A stretch of 64,000 nt of DNA from Patellaria atrata CBS 101060 (GCA_010093705.1 MU006102.1:190123-254122); one strand, 5' to 3'. Positions 47,909 through 59,810 are shown, counted from the first letter of the stretch. The notes: generated by a model not told the origin, from the sequence alone. Program-made: numbers and translations.

Positions 47909-49022
47909 ATGCCATACAATTACATATGCAGAGCTTGCCTCCGAGCCATCACACGATCAAAAGTTCCAATTCACAATGTACATTTCCCAAAGTCCTCAAA
48001 TTCGAGCAACGAACACTGACCTTTCACCAGGTCCTCAACACCTCCACAACAACTCGCAGATTTGCATCCTCGGTAGCCGCAGCATCTACATCTCCACAAC
48101 CTAGCACACTACAAACCCAATTAACGAAACCGCAACCCAAAGTCCATCCGTACGCCAATCCCAAGAGCACCACCATGAGGTTAGCCCAGCAGCTAGACAA
48201 ATTCGGCGTAACGGAAACATACGCCGCCTACGGCTCGACGGAAAAGATGTCGAAAGAATGCATCCGACAAGCCGACTACAGCATCCCGGCCGCCATAACC
48301 GGAAACCGAGACGCGATTCCCAAAACAGCGGAGGGGGAGGAACTAGGTGTGGCCCTCGAGGGGAGCGAGAAGGAGTGGTGGTACGACGGTGCGTAATCAC
48401 CCCAATCCCCATCCCCCAGACCCAAATCCGGTCAAACATAATAACGAGTTGTTATATTCGATACTTATGATATGACCCAGAACTCGCCCTAACCCCCACC
48501 TTCAACACCTGGGCTCAGATCACCTTTCTCCACATGTACATCCTCACCGCGCGACTGCGGCTCTTCCCACCCGCGCACGCCCCGACGTGGCACCAGCACC
48601 TCCTCGACCACTTTTTCTATGCCGCGGAGCATCGCATGGTTACCCTGCACGGGCTTGTCGCGAAGGGCATCCGCCACCGCTACCTCAAGGACTTGTATTC
48701 GCAGTGGAGGGGTTCGTTAGCTAGTTACGATGAGGGACTCGTGAGGGGCGATGCGGTGCTTGCGGGTGCGGTGTGGAGGAATATCTTCAAGGCGCAGGAG
48801 TTGGAGGGGGATGTGCCTGTCAGGGTCGCCATGGTGGTGGGGTATATGAGGCGGTGCGTTAGGGAGTTGGAGGGGATGAGTGATGCGGAAATTGCCGGAG
48901 CGGAGGTGGTGTTTAAATCAGCTGGGGATGAGAGAAAGTTGGTAGAGCAGCTTGGTGGGCTGGCTGTGGCCGAGAATACTGGGAAGAATGTGCAAGATAT
49001 AGCTACTGGGAAGAGCTTGTAA
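47909..49022 (+). CDS. cbp3: ubiquinol-cytochrome c reductase chaperone Cbp3
   Basis: Mitochondrial-type leader MPYNYICRACLRA; ETYAAYG, PTFNTWAQITFLHMYIL, YDEGLVRGDAVLAGAVWRN; two introns. Confidence 0.9.
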
Positions 49023-49101
49023 TGAGACGGGAGCATCGGAGTCCTTTTTGCGATAGTAATGATAATCCCCCCGAACGAATGAATATACAGCATCAACCAT
49101 A

Positions 49102-50942
49102 TCACCCTTCCGACCCCTCACTCCCATCCCCATTCCTCTCCCCACACGACCCTACCCCACTATCACTATCCTCCCCCTCCTCCCCCAAACACTCAAATCT
49201 CCCACCCACCCCTCTGACATACTTCTCACCCGCCCTCAGCACCAGCTCCGTCCCCTCCCCCTCAAGCACCTCGCTAAGACCCCACACGACCCTCTCAGCG
49301 CCACTCCTCGCGCCCGCCAAATTCGCCGCTCCCGGCCCCAGCTCCAGCGCCGCCAGCTTTCCCGTCACGAACAGCGGCACGTGCGGCGCCCACGCCAGAT
49401 CGGGCGTCAGGACCGGCAAGCCGCCGACAGCGGTAACGGGGTGTTTAGCGCGGAGAGTGCGGAGGTAGGGCAGCGCGGCGACGTCGGTCGCGATGCCGGT
49501 GGCGAAGTAGATGTAGTCCATCTCCGTTTCTTCCAGGGTTGGGATCGGGGGCTCGGTCTCCACGCGCCAGGTCCGCGTTGTGGGGTTGAAAGTGCGGGAC
49601 GTGAGGGTAGTGTGCGTGTGCAGGGACAGGCGGGCATTGGCGATGTGGGCGCGCAGCTTTTTGTGGAAGGGCGGGGTTATGGAGCCGCCGTCGCGGGCGG
49701 AGAGGATTAGAGAGTGGCGCTGCGCGCCGGAGGGCAGGGTCCAGAAGGTGGAGTGGTGGTAGTTGCGGAATTTGCCTATCCAGGGAAGGGATAGGTCGAA
49801 GGGTTTTACTGTTGTTAGGGGTTAGTGAGAGGGGTGGTATGGTGAGGTNNNNNNNNNNNNNNNNNNNNNNNNNNNNNNNNNNNNNNNNNNNNNNNNNNNN
49901 NNNNNNNNNNNNNNNNNNNNNNNNNNNNNNNNNNNNNNNNNNNNNNNNATTAGATGCCATACTTTGGATACGCCGTGGGAGATTGCCATGTCGGATATTT
50001 GGGCTGAGGTGAGACCGCCGCCTACGACTACGATGTTCGTGTGCCGTTTGGCGTCGATTCTACTTTTGAGGGTCGGGTCGGGGAAGGTGCGGATCTCCAT
50101 TGCGTGGCATGCGCCTTCGAGCTTTTCGCCGGGAGGATGGCCGGGTATGGACGGGGTGTTCCCGGCTCCGACAGCGAGGACGACGGCTCGAGCGTAGTGG
50201 ACGCCTTTGTCGGATTTAATGGAGAATGTTTTGTTGATTTCTGAAATCAGAGGGACGTAGTCGTAGTCGATATCGAGGACTGCTTCCTGTTTGATTTCGT
50301 CTTCCTTGAGCGAGTAGCGATCTACAACAGAAGCGCAATGTTGTGAGAAGAGGGAGCTAGAAGGAGTGAAGTAATCTTTTCTGTCTCGTTCGTTTACAGC
50401 TGGTTCGGGATGAACTCTGTTCTGTGTTATTCGAGTATGCAAATGGTGAACCTCAGGATTACCCACACTGATTTCGCCCTCTTCTTCTTCTGATGCTTGC
50501 TAATCTCCTTTCCCACACATGCTCGTATTTCCGCAAGCTCATCCTCTCGTTTACACTCATATGTATAAGCTAACAACGCATCTCTATCATGTGGGTCCAC
50601 GTGGAAGAACATAGGACTTCTTAAGTGCGAGATCTTGAAGATGCGGAAGAAGTGGTTCCATCGAGACATCCATTGGTTCCCGCTGGAGTCTAGTATTAGG
50701 ATAGAGTACTCTTGATTGTCCTGAGACTGTTGGGCAGTCTTAACAGAACCATTCTTGTAGTTCATGATACTCATGCGGCGGCCATGGCGGCGGATCCAGT
50801 GATACCTTTGGTGCTCCTCATCGGTAAAGATAGCAGAGGGGGTATTCTCCCGGAGTCGAGCTGCTACTGAGAGTCCACAAGGACCGGCCCCTATGATTAT
50901 CACATCATGGAGGTGAGGGATAGTATCGTCGGAAGAGTGCAT
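49102..50942 (-). CDS. FAD/NAD(P)-dependent oxidoreductase, lysine/ornithine N-monooxygenase-like superfamily (interrupted by N gap)
   Basis: DVIIIGAGPCG (FAD), ISHLRSPMFFH, VVVGGGLTSAQ (NAD(P)H), IYFATG, LGPGAANLAGAR. Confidence 0.85.
49849..49948. other. assembly gap (100 N)
   Basis: N run. Confidence 1.
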
Positions 50943-51085
50943 GCTTGAGACTGAAAGAGACTGGAATGATATAACAAGGAAAATAAATGCCACGAAAGTT
51001 TAAGAGAACACCTTATGAAGATACAAGGAATCTTGAGATACATACTTTCCGCGGTTATGCATAGACATAACTGGGGTTTGGGGTT

Positions 51086-51100
51086 GGACACCTTGATGGC
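51086..51100 (-). promoter_or_regulatory. ZafA/Zap1-type zinc-response motif
   Basis: Minus strand GCCATCAAGGTGTCC fits the Aspergillus ZafA consensus as I recall it (DYYVYCARGGTVYYY); 144 bp upstream of the flavoprotein ATG. Confidence 0.45.
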
Positions 51101-52913
51101 ATCGGATCATGGCTCCAGACCATCACGGTACGGCCCGCTGTATCCCAGACGGCATCGAATGCAGTAATATAAATTTAAAAAATACAAAATGTAATAGTCA
51201 TCTAAATCATTACTGTTAAGGAAATCAAAAATGGAAAGGTATTATACGCGTTATCTCAATGAAGCTTGGAATTTGTTTTTAAAAAAAAATCACATACGAA
51301 ATGTGCTGACAAACAACCCAACCTCACCAGACCAACATATCTCTACTCCATCCAGATTTAGCCTCCAAAACCCAAAAATTCGCAATACACAACAGCGCCA
51401 TTGTTTACAGATTAGATAAGCTAGATATAGGTTCTAGAATACCTAGGCATCTATCTAATATAATTATATCATCAATTGATGCAATGGTTGGATATATCTA
51501 GACATTTTTATGTATTTTGCATCTCGGACATCTCCAGTTTCATGGATTTTCAGTCGTTCGATGATTTTTGTTTCTGCAGCCGGCCCAGAACGGTTAGAGT
51601 GTGGTTTGGTTCATTTGTGGCTCTAAGGAGGCAGCGGCGGTGGCGGTGCTCACGAGATAGGAAGGAAGGAGCAGGAATAGGAGCGGAGTAAATCTCGGGA
51701 TAACTTCGTTCTTCTAAAAGGGGCGGAGTTACGTTGATGGGAGGATTTAGAGATGAGCGGAACCTCCGTCCTGCAGGAGGCAGCAGGACACCTGAAGGTT
51801 ATACAGCCTAGCGATGGACGGCGTAGGGAGATCAATCCTCCCTTTGTACCACGAGATACTAATAAAGATACCGACCAAGGTTTGGCTGCTATGGAGAGGA
51901 CTATGTACCACAACTTCGGATTGCGAGCTGGTTTTTGATATTTTCGATTCTATTTTACTTCCTCTTGAGGTCGGTTTCCCTTCGAATTTCATCCTTGGAT
52001 TTTACAGACGCTCATATCGTGAGCGCTCTGATTGATAAATAGGAAGGTATAGGCCCCTATGCCACCATCTTTGCGGCTCTTTAGGAGTATCCCCTAATGG
52101 ATAGGATGTATACGCCATAGGCTCGACTCGTTTGATCTCTTCCGTCTCTTTATTTCAAACTCATATTTCTTTTCCTGATCGTATTAGAATTACTGAGGTG
52201 ATGTAGTTCCATGATAAGATGAGCGAGTCTTTTAGTCGTTGTGGTCTAATCGCAGTAGGGGGGCACTGACGAGGATATGAACTTTCACAACGTATGACAC
52301 TTGAATGATTAAGAAACAGGAGATACCCACAACATTCCCACTGAAAGCTAAAATTGCATCTAGACAAGTGTGTTTACTTCTACGGGATAGAAATCTACAT
52401 CTCCTTCGACAACCTCTGCTCTACAGGGAGGGTCAAGCATTGACTGGGATGAAGATTGGTGTGGGCGTTAGGAACCAAAATGGGGGAAGAAACCAAAAAT
52501 ATTGCATTTATATTACTGTTTATAGTTCTTGAGCAACTCATTATTATCATTTTGCTTCCATTTTATAGATGATCTAGAAGGGTTACTTTTGAATTGTCAA
52601 AGCAGGTACGGAGGTATAGGTATGGGAGTCGTACGCCAATTATGAGCAAGAGATCAAATACAACTTGGTTAATCATAGTCTTATCGAATATTCAGTTTGA
52701 AGGTGTCGTGTTCTACGAAATATCTAGGTAGAAAGGTTTGGGATGAGATTTGGAGTATGGGATGAAGTCTGAAATAGACTCGCTTGAACTTGCCACCGTT
52801 GCGGCACTACTCCGTCAAGATTCCAAAACTTTGCCCCTTTTAACCTTTACGTAGAGCCTCAAGTGATATTGGACCTTTATTTCATTCAACTATAATCCAT
52901 CGAGAATCATGCA

Positions 52914-54506
52914 ATGCGAAGAGTTGTTGTTACTGGCATCGGCGCGGTAACCCCCTTGGGCGTTGGTGTGTTCAGACGCGACATATATACATCTCTTTTA
53001 GTACTAATAAAGCGCAGGCATCCGACGCACATGGCAACGCCTTATTGACGGGAACTGTGGGATCATATCAACCAAAGACAGAAGTCCTCAATTTGCAGTT
53101 CTACCTAGCCAAGTAGCTGCAGTGGTTCCAGTTGGTGGCCGCAAAGATGGGAAATGGAACGCGAAAGAATGGGTAGCAGTTGGGGTAAGTTGATGCGTAA
53201 CCCCCCGTATTATGACGGTAAACTAAGAATTTCAGGATGAGAGAAAGATGGCTAGATTTGCTCAGTATGCACAAGTTGCCGCTGAAGAAGCGTTAAATGA
53301 TGCTGAATGGCATCCTAAAACTCAAGAGCATCTTGAATCAACGGTATTCGACTTGTCTTACGTCTAGTGATTTCTACTAATCTCCCCAGGGGGTATACAT
53401 CGGCTCTGGAATAGGAAGTCTCGATGATGCATATGACACTGCAATAGCGTATGAGAAAGGTGTATGTATTTCACCGATTTCACGGAGCTCTCTAAGACAG
53501 TTGTAGGGATATAAAAAGGTTTCGCCGTTATTCGTTCCGCGTCTCCTCATCAACTTGGCCGCGGGTCACATTTCGATGAAATATGGATTTCAAGGACCAA
53601 ATCATGCTTCCACTACTGCGTGTACTACCGGAGCTCATGCCCTCGGTGATGCAGCGAGGTTCATTGCATTTGGGGATGCTGATGTGATGGTTGCGGGTGG
53701 AGCAGAATCCTGCATTCATCCCCTTGCTATCGCCGGTTTTGCTCGCTCTCGAAGTTTATCAACTAATTGGAATGATCAGCCCGAGTTGTCATCTAGACCT
53801 TTCGACCGAGATAGAGCAGGTTTCGTTATTGGTGAAGGCGCCGCGGTTGTAATCCTAGAGGTTTTGTCACCAACTTCAACTCATCTCCGGGCCATATGTT
53901 AACAAATAAAATAGGAGCTTGAGCATGCCAAAGCTCGAGGCGCACGTATATATGCAGAGCTTGCAGGTTATGGTATTTCTGCTGATGCTCACCACATGAC
54001 AGCACCTCGAGAGGATGGCTACGGTCCTTTCCTCTCAATGAAACATGCACTGAAGCACGCTGGGCTCCCTCCACGCTCGGTACAATATGTTAATGCGCAT
54101 GCTACTTCAACACCTTTGGGAGATGCAGCTGAGAATCAAGCTATCAAAAATCTACTGCTGGGGGAAAGTGGACACGAAAAAGCGACCGACCTAAATATCA
54201 GCAGTACCAAAGGCGCAATTGGTCACTTATTAGGAGCTGCGGGGTCTATCGAAGCGATTTTCTGCATTCTCGCTATTCATGAGGTAAAAACATATCGTTT
54301 TCTCAGGAGTATTGCCATTACTAACACAAGCCTAGGGTATCCTTCCCCCTACATTGAACCTGGAGAATCCGGGGCATCCACCCAAAGATTTCAATTGTAA
54401 TTATGTTCCCAAAGTCGCCCAGGAAAAGACTGTCGATGTAGCTATATCCAATAGCTTTGGATTCGGCGGTACGAACGCCAGTTTGTGCTTCGCCAAATAC
54501 CAATAG
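52914..54506 (+). CDS. cem1: mitochondrial 3-oxoacyl-ACP synthase (KAS, FabF-like), multi-exon
   Basis: [23 protein letters not shown] (catalytic Cys); [52 protein letters not shown]. Confidence 0.95.
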
Positions 54507-54562
54507 TCTTCATAAATCATTGTCTACTCCAGTTCTTCGCCGAAATTTGAGTTTATATCATT

Positions 54563-54882
54563 TTACGTTCCTGTAGCTCCGATTGCTGAGTCTTCAGATC
54601 CTGTAATTTCTTTTGCCGATGCTTTAGATTGTCTATCTTCCTGCTCTTTTCTCATTCCAGTATCCGAGCTCTGGTCTTCCTTGATCTTGTCTGGGGCTGA
54701 TTGCCCTGTTGGATCGTTTTCAGATGCTTCTACAAGACTGGTTTTGGCGTCTTCTGAAAGCGAAGGAGGCGGACCAGTTGCCGGACCAGTCTTTATGCCG
54801 GCTATCACTAGTTAGATCTCGCAAGCGTCCATTCTCAGTTCAGTTACTCACCTATATTGTGTGATGCAGCGTTATATGCCAT
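54563..54882 (-). CDS. small hydrophilic hypothetical protein (about 91 aa, 2 exons)
   Basis: Exon 54882-54852 (MAYNAASHNI), intron GTGAGT...CTAACTAG 54851-54808, in frame with ORF 54563-54808. Confidence 0.45.
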
Positions 54883-55296
54883 TTCGATACCCTGTCAATG
54901 GTAAGGGTGAGGAGACGATTTCGTTAATTTGCTATTCTCGGGTTTTGTATTCTATCTTCGTTTATTGACCCAAGTCTACCTTTTGTAGAAATATTCCAGC
55001 TATGACACAGTATATTTACTTTTGTTATCAGAGCTACTCTACTAGCTACCCCGCGGAGGTCGCCTAGACCCCTTGAGCTGTACATCACCACCATGATAGC
55101 TTTTCTAGCGTCTCTTGGGAACCCCACCATTCAAGCACCGCAATATGACATGAATTATTCATCTTTTATACCTTCAAAAATGAGCAAATTTTTTCTTTCC
55201 TTATTGATTCTTCTCTCTATTTATTTCTTCCTTTTCAGTGTGCTCAAGCTTCAATTTGTATCAATAGTACAGTAGAACATCTACAACATCAACATA

Positions 55297-57074
55297 ATGA
55301 CGGAACCGGCACCCGCCGAGTACCCTGATGAGGAACGATCTCTCCTAAAGAACTTTGCGGGCAAGGCCGTTCTGTATCACGGACGCGTCCCAGTATTGCG
55401 TAAACTGCCGTTCTCCGCTGTCGCAATCATCGTACTCATTGCTACCGTAAATATACTTATTTGGGTAGCTGTCGGAGTTGTCCTTGTGAGTACAATACTT
55501 CTATTGGTCTATGGAGGAGGAGGGAGTTGGATCTTAGGGTACTGTCCGCTTGAAGCCTACCAATTCGCACAAGGAACACCCTTACGGGACGCTTTCCCGG
55601 CAATAGGTACAGGTAGACGGGTATACTCTTGAGATTGAGTATTTCGAAATGGACTGGAATGCCCTCATGAGAATACATAAAGAGAACATATCAACGTAGA
55701 AGAACAAAATGCTAACAGCCCATCTCACAGCATTATCACCGGTACAGTCGTTCTCTGAAAATTCCCTAGTTGACTAAATCTTAATTGGTGCCCGATCGTA
55801 GTCTCCTTATATCAACCGCCGTTTTATCATATACACTGGGCCTACGCCATGCATTAGATGCAGACCATATCTCCGTGCGTTCTCTAATATATAGGAGGAT
55901 GCAGTGACTGATAGATGAAGGCAATTGATTTAATGACGAGAAGGCTGATAGCAGCAGGGCAACGGCCTGTCACAGTAGGCATGTTCTTCTCTCTCGGTCA
56001 CTCGACGTAGGGAACCCAGTACCATCATTCGCCGAACCACATCTAACCGTTCAGGATCGTGGTTGTTACCTCAATCGTCGTCGCAGCCACCGCCTCCGCA
56101 GTATCCGAGAAATTCGACAACTTCTCCCGTGTAGGAGGAATCATCGGTACATCCGTATCCGCAGCATTCCTGATCCTCCTCGGTATCATGAACATGTACA
56201 TCCTATACAAGCTCGTGCGCCAAATGCGAAAACTCATCAACACGAGCGACGACCAACACGACACTTTCAAGATCCAAGGGGCGGGCGTCATATTCAACCT
56301 CCTCAAGAAGATGTTCAAGCTGATCGACCGTCCGTGGAAAATGTACCCCCTAGGCGTCCTTTTCGGCCTTGGCTTCGACACTTCCTCCGAAGTGGCACTG
56401 TTGGGTATCGCGTCCATCCAAGGGGCAAAGGGAACGTCCATCTGGCTCATCCTCATATTCCCACTCCTGTTCACCGCGGGCATGTGTCTCCTGGACACGA
56501 CTGATGGAGCGCTGATGATGAGTCTCTACACCAGCACCTCGTTCGCCAGAGACCCCATCGCCATACTCTACTACAGCATCGTCCTGACCGTCATCACCGT
56601 CGTCGTCGCGTTGGTCATAGGTGTCATTCAGCTGCTGAACCTGATCCTCAACGTCGCGGAGCCGAGTGGGAAGTTCTGGGAAGGCGTGGGCAGAGCGGGG
56701 GATTATTACGATATCATCGGTAACTTCACCCATCGTCTTGACAACCCAGATATCGCATACTAACAGTCCGTTTAGGTGGTGCGATATGCGGTTCCTTCCT
56801 CGTCTTCGGCGGCCTGAGCGTCCTACTCTACCGACCATGGCGGAAGCGCATCGATCGCAAACGACAGCAACGCTTAGCGGAACAACCCGAAGACGCTTTC
56901 CGAGACGAGTTGGACGTCGAAGGGGACGCGAGGGGTCAAGTGGACGTGGCTGACACTCGGGGAGGAATTGAGGTACTCGGTCTCGATCCGGATGAGAGTT
57001 TGCATGCGAGACCGACGAGTAGGAAGGAGCAGGCGCAGAATGTGGTTGTTTCGGAGAGGGGTGAAAGAGCTTGA
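55297..57074 (+). CDS. nic1: high-affinity nickel permease (NiCoT family)
   Basis: Signature LGLRHALDADHISAID, FFSLGHST, GLGFDTSSE, LFTAGMCLLDTTDG; 11-nt micro-exon 55731-55741. Confidence 0.93.
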
Positions 57075-57493
57075 GCTCGCTTCAGGACTATTTGGGCTTT
57101 CCGACTTCGTTCTTGGATTACGTGTTTGCTAAGGGGACGGTTGAGTCAAAGCTCAATTATCTCGACCGAAAGGCTGGTCGGTTTGAAGGGTGCAGTGTAC
57201 ATTCGAAAGCTTCTGATCTGCCGGTAGACAGGACAGGCGAGAATGCGATGAGGTGCAGAAGCAGGAATTTCGTTTCCGCAGACCCAGCTTCCACGCTCTT
57301 ATCCTACTGCGAACTTTGACTTTGTAATAATCTTGACAGGAACGTACAGTCCGTACAAATTAAGAGATGCGTTGAGCTTGAGAACCAGTCCTCGACCGTA
57401 CACTCAGCACCTAAGAAAAAGAAAACAACAAACACAAGAACAATGCTTCGATTCTTCGCGGATAGCTATACCACCTATATACCAGCCATACAC

Positions 57494-59518
57494 TCACCCC
57501 CCAATCTTCCTCCCCTCATCCCTATCCGGCGGTCTCCAATCAAAAAGATCAAAAGCCTCAATACTCCACGGCCCGGTATCAGCATCTCTATCCACACCCC
57601 TCAACCCCATTCCTTCTTCCTTGCCATTCTCCTTTTCCTTTTCCTTTTCCTTTTCCTTTTCCTTTTCCTTTTCCTTTTCCTTTTCCTTTTCCTTTTCCTT
57701 TTCCTTTTCCTTTTCCTTTTCCTTNNNNNNNNNNNNNNNNNNNNNNNNNNNNNNNNNNNNNNNNNNNNNNNNNNNNNNNNNNNNNNNNNNNNNNNNNNNN
57801 NNNNNNNNNNNNNNNNNNNNNNNNTCCTTTTCCTTTTCCTTTTCCTTTTCCTTTTCCTTTTCCTTTTCCTTTTCCTTTTCCTTTTCCTTTTCCTTTTCCT
57901 TTTCCTTTTCCTTTTCCTTTCCCAACCCCACCGCGCCCATCAAACTCTTCGACCGCGCAAGCGGGATGCGCTTCTGGGGCTTCGAAGCCGGGTTCTTGAT
58001 GGGACCTCGGGGAGGTGGAGACGTGAGTGATGTGGGACGTGGGGTTGATTTGGAGGGTGACTCGTCGGAGCGGACGCGGCGGAAGGGGCGCGCTGGAGGG
58101 CTTGATTTGGTGAGGAGACGCTGGTCTAGACGGGTATATGCGGTTTCGAGATCGGATGGGAGTCGTGGTGGGGAGGGTTTTGGCTTGGGTTTGAGGAGGT
58201 TGCGGCCTAGGTCTAGATCGGTTCTTGGGGGATGCTGCGATGGGTTGCTTTGGTTTGGCGGCCTGAGGATGTCGTCCCAGTCGGGGGTGGAGTCTCCGGT
58301 GCTTTCGATGTCCGCATTTGTGTCTTTTGGACGGTTCTGTTTTGTTTTCTTGGTGTCTTTATTGGCTGCCTTGTTTTTGGGATCTGGAAGTTCCTGGCAG
58401 AGAAGCTTTCTACGGGGAGCGGCGGATGCGAGACGTAGTGTTTTAATCTTGGGTTTTGTTGGAGACGGACTCTTTGCTTTTGCGACCCTGGTAGATATCA
58501 CCTCTTCGGCTGGAGATGAGGCTCTGTTATCTGGAACCGCGGGGATGTGGTTTGTTGTACTGACTGGAGGGGAGGATGGCACTGCAGGTCTCCGTATCGT
58601 GTTATTGGATCTCTTGTTCAAGATAGAATTGCCTGCGCGCGGACGTGGAAGGGACTGTACTGGTGTTTGAGTACGAGCTGGAGGTTTAGGTGTCACTGAT
58701 GAGACCTCGATAGCCTTGGGAGGGGACGGAGGTAAGGTGATGTCCGAAAATAGATCGTCTGGTTCAGAAGTAATGTCAATGACCTCCTTAACCGGTAAGC
58801 GTCTCTGTCCTTGGAGAGCGTTGAGTCTCAACGCTGTTGTTGATAGTTTCGCAGGACGGCCTGCAGGCAGCTTTATATTCGTGGAAGCTGGTTTTGGAGT
58901 TGGCTTAGATGTCCTGACCACGTTCCACGACTGCTGCATGCTACCGACCTTTTGCCTCTTTGCTGATGGTCCACTCTCCCACCCATTCTCATCACCGTGA
59001 GTGAGGTCAAAGGGAGACTTGACAGGCAGCATGGCTCTACCGTACGAACCCTTAGGGGTTCCAAGCAGTGCATTCAGTGGTCTATGCCGTAGTTGCGAGA
59101 GAGCCACTACCGCGGACGGTCTTGCTGTCATCACTGACTGCCTAGCCGGACTACTTCCACCTCTCTTATCCGGACTCAAGTCTCTTTTCTTCTCCAAAAG
59201 CGGAGTGAGATCCGTCTCAGTAGTCCCAACGAGTTCGGCAACCTCCACAAGAACCCCATTTCTCTCCAGTGTTATCTCGTCTCCCTCTTGAGGCTCAGCA
59301 CTTTCCTTCCAGTGCATGTCGCCGATGTAGTTACGCGGCTCATCGTAGACCATGACCCTCTTGTTGAAGGTGTGGAATTTGAGGAAACCATCCTGCCACC
59401 GCTTCTGCTTGCGACGGACATCGTGGGTGTACAGGCAGCGAAACTCGATGACGGGAGCGGTATTCTGTGTGGGAGGGACGGCGAGACTTGCGGTGCTCTG
59501 GTAGACGGCCGAAGTCAT
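57494..59518 (-). CDS. DUF2439 (ZGRF1/Mte1/Dbl2 N-terminal-like) domain protein with poly-KE tract
   Basis: EFRCLYTHDVRRKQKRWQDGFLKFHTFNKRVMVYD; C-terminal DTGPWSIEAFDLFDW; frame crosses an N gap. Confidence 0.85.
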   Translation of the reverse strand: MTSAVYQSTASLAVPPTQNTAPVIEFRCLYTHDVRRKQKRWQDGFLKFHTFNKRVMVYDEPRNYIGDMHWKESAEPQEGDEITLERNGVLVEVAELVGTTETDLTPLLEKKRDLSPDKRGGSSPARQSVMTARPSAVVALSQLRHRPLNALLGTPKGSYGRAMLPVKSPFDLTHGDENGWESGPSAKRQKVGSMQQSWNVVRTSKPTPKPASTNIKLPAGRPAKLSTTALRLNALQGQRRLPVKEVIDITSEPDDLFSDITLPPSPPKAIEVSSVTPKPPARTQTPVQSLPRPRAGNSILNKRSNNTIRRPAVPSSPPVSTTNHIPAVPDNRASSPAEEVISTRVAKAKSPSPTKPKIKTLRLASAAPRRKLLCQELPDPKNKAANKDTKKTKQNRPKDTNADIESTGDSTPDWDDILRPPNQSNPSQHPPRTDLDLGRNLLKPKPKPSPPRLPSDLETAYTRLDQRLLTKSSPPARPFRRVRSDESPSKSTPRPTSLTSPPPRGPIKNPASKPQKRIPLARSKSLMGAVGLGKEKEKEKEKEKEKEKEKEKEKEKEKEKEKEKXXXXXXXXXXXXXXXXXXXXXXXXXXXXXXXXXXKEKEKEKEKEKEKEKEKEKEKEKEKEKEKEKENGKEEGMGLRGVDRDADTGPWSIEAFDLFDWRPPDRDEGRKIGG
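57630..57922. repeat. (TTTTCC)n hexamer microsatellite encoding (KE)n, spanning the N gap 57725-57824
   Basis: About 16 perfect units on each side of the gap. Confidence 0.97.
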
Positions 59519-59535
59519 GCTGAGCAAGACGTTAT

Positions 59536-59810
59536 CGCGTCATGGTTCTCATAATGCGTGGGAGTGAGGTAGGAATAATGTTGTGGAAGTTTAAGAGACG
59601 CGAGTAGAGACTAGTACGCGGAGAGGTAGGTGCACGTGTGCAGGTGACTTGCCAAGGAATGTGCGAATATGAGTGAATGAATGAAAGGAGCGCGCAAGAC
59701 GAGATGGAACGGAACCTAAAATCGGCTTCATGGTCCTAAATCATAAATATACCGCAGTGTACAGTATATAATATTATGAGTGCAAGAATTAGTTCATGGT
59801 TGTCACGCGT
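59536..59810. promoter_or_regulatory. MCB-like elements upstream of the DUF2439 gene
   Basis: CGCGT 59536, ACGCG 59598 and 59616, ACGCGT 59805. Confidence 0.45.

Noticed and set aside
49102..57074. Metal-homeostasis or secondary-metabolite cluster (flavoprotein + ketosynthase + NiCoT)
   Set aside because: The ketosynthase is the housekeeping mitochondrial Cem1; no NRPS/PKS backbone gene; no full zinc-response motif before nic1
57333..58670. 445-aa and 195-aa plus-strand ORFs with (FS)n/(FL)n tracts
   Set aside because: Antisense shadows of the DUF2439 gene, kept open by the microsatellite and N gap
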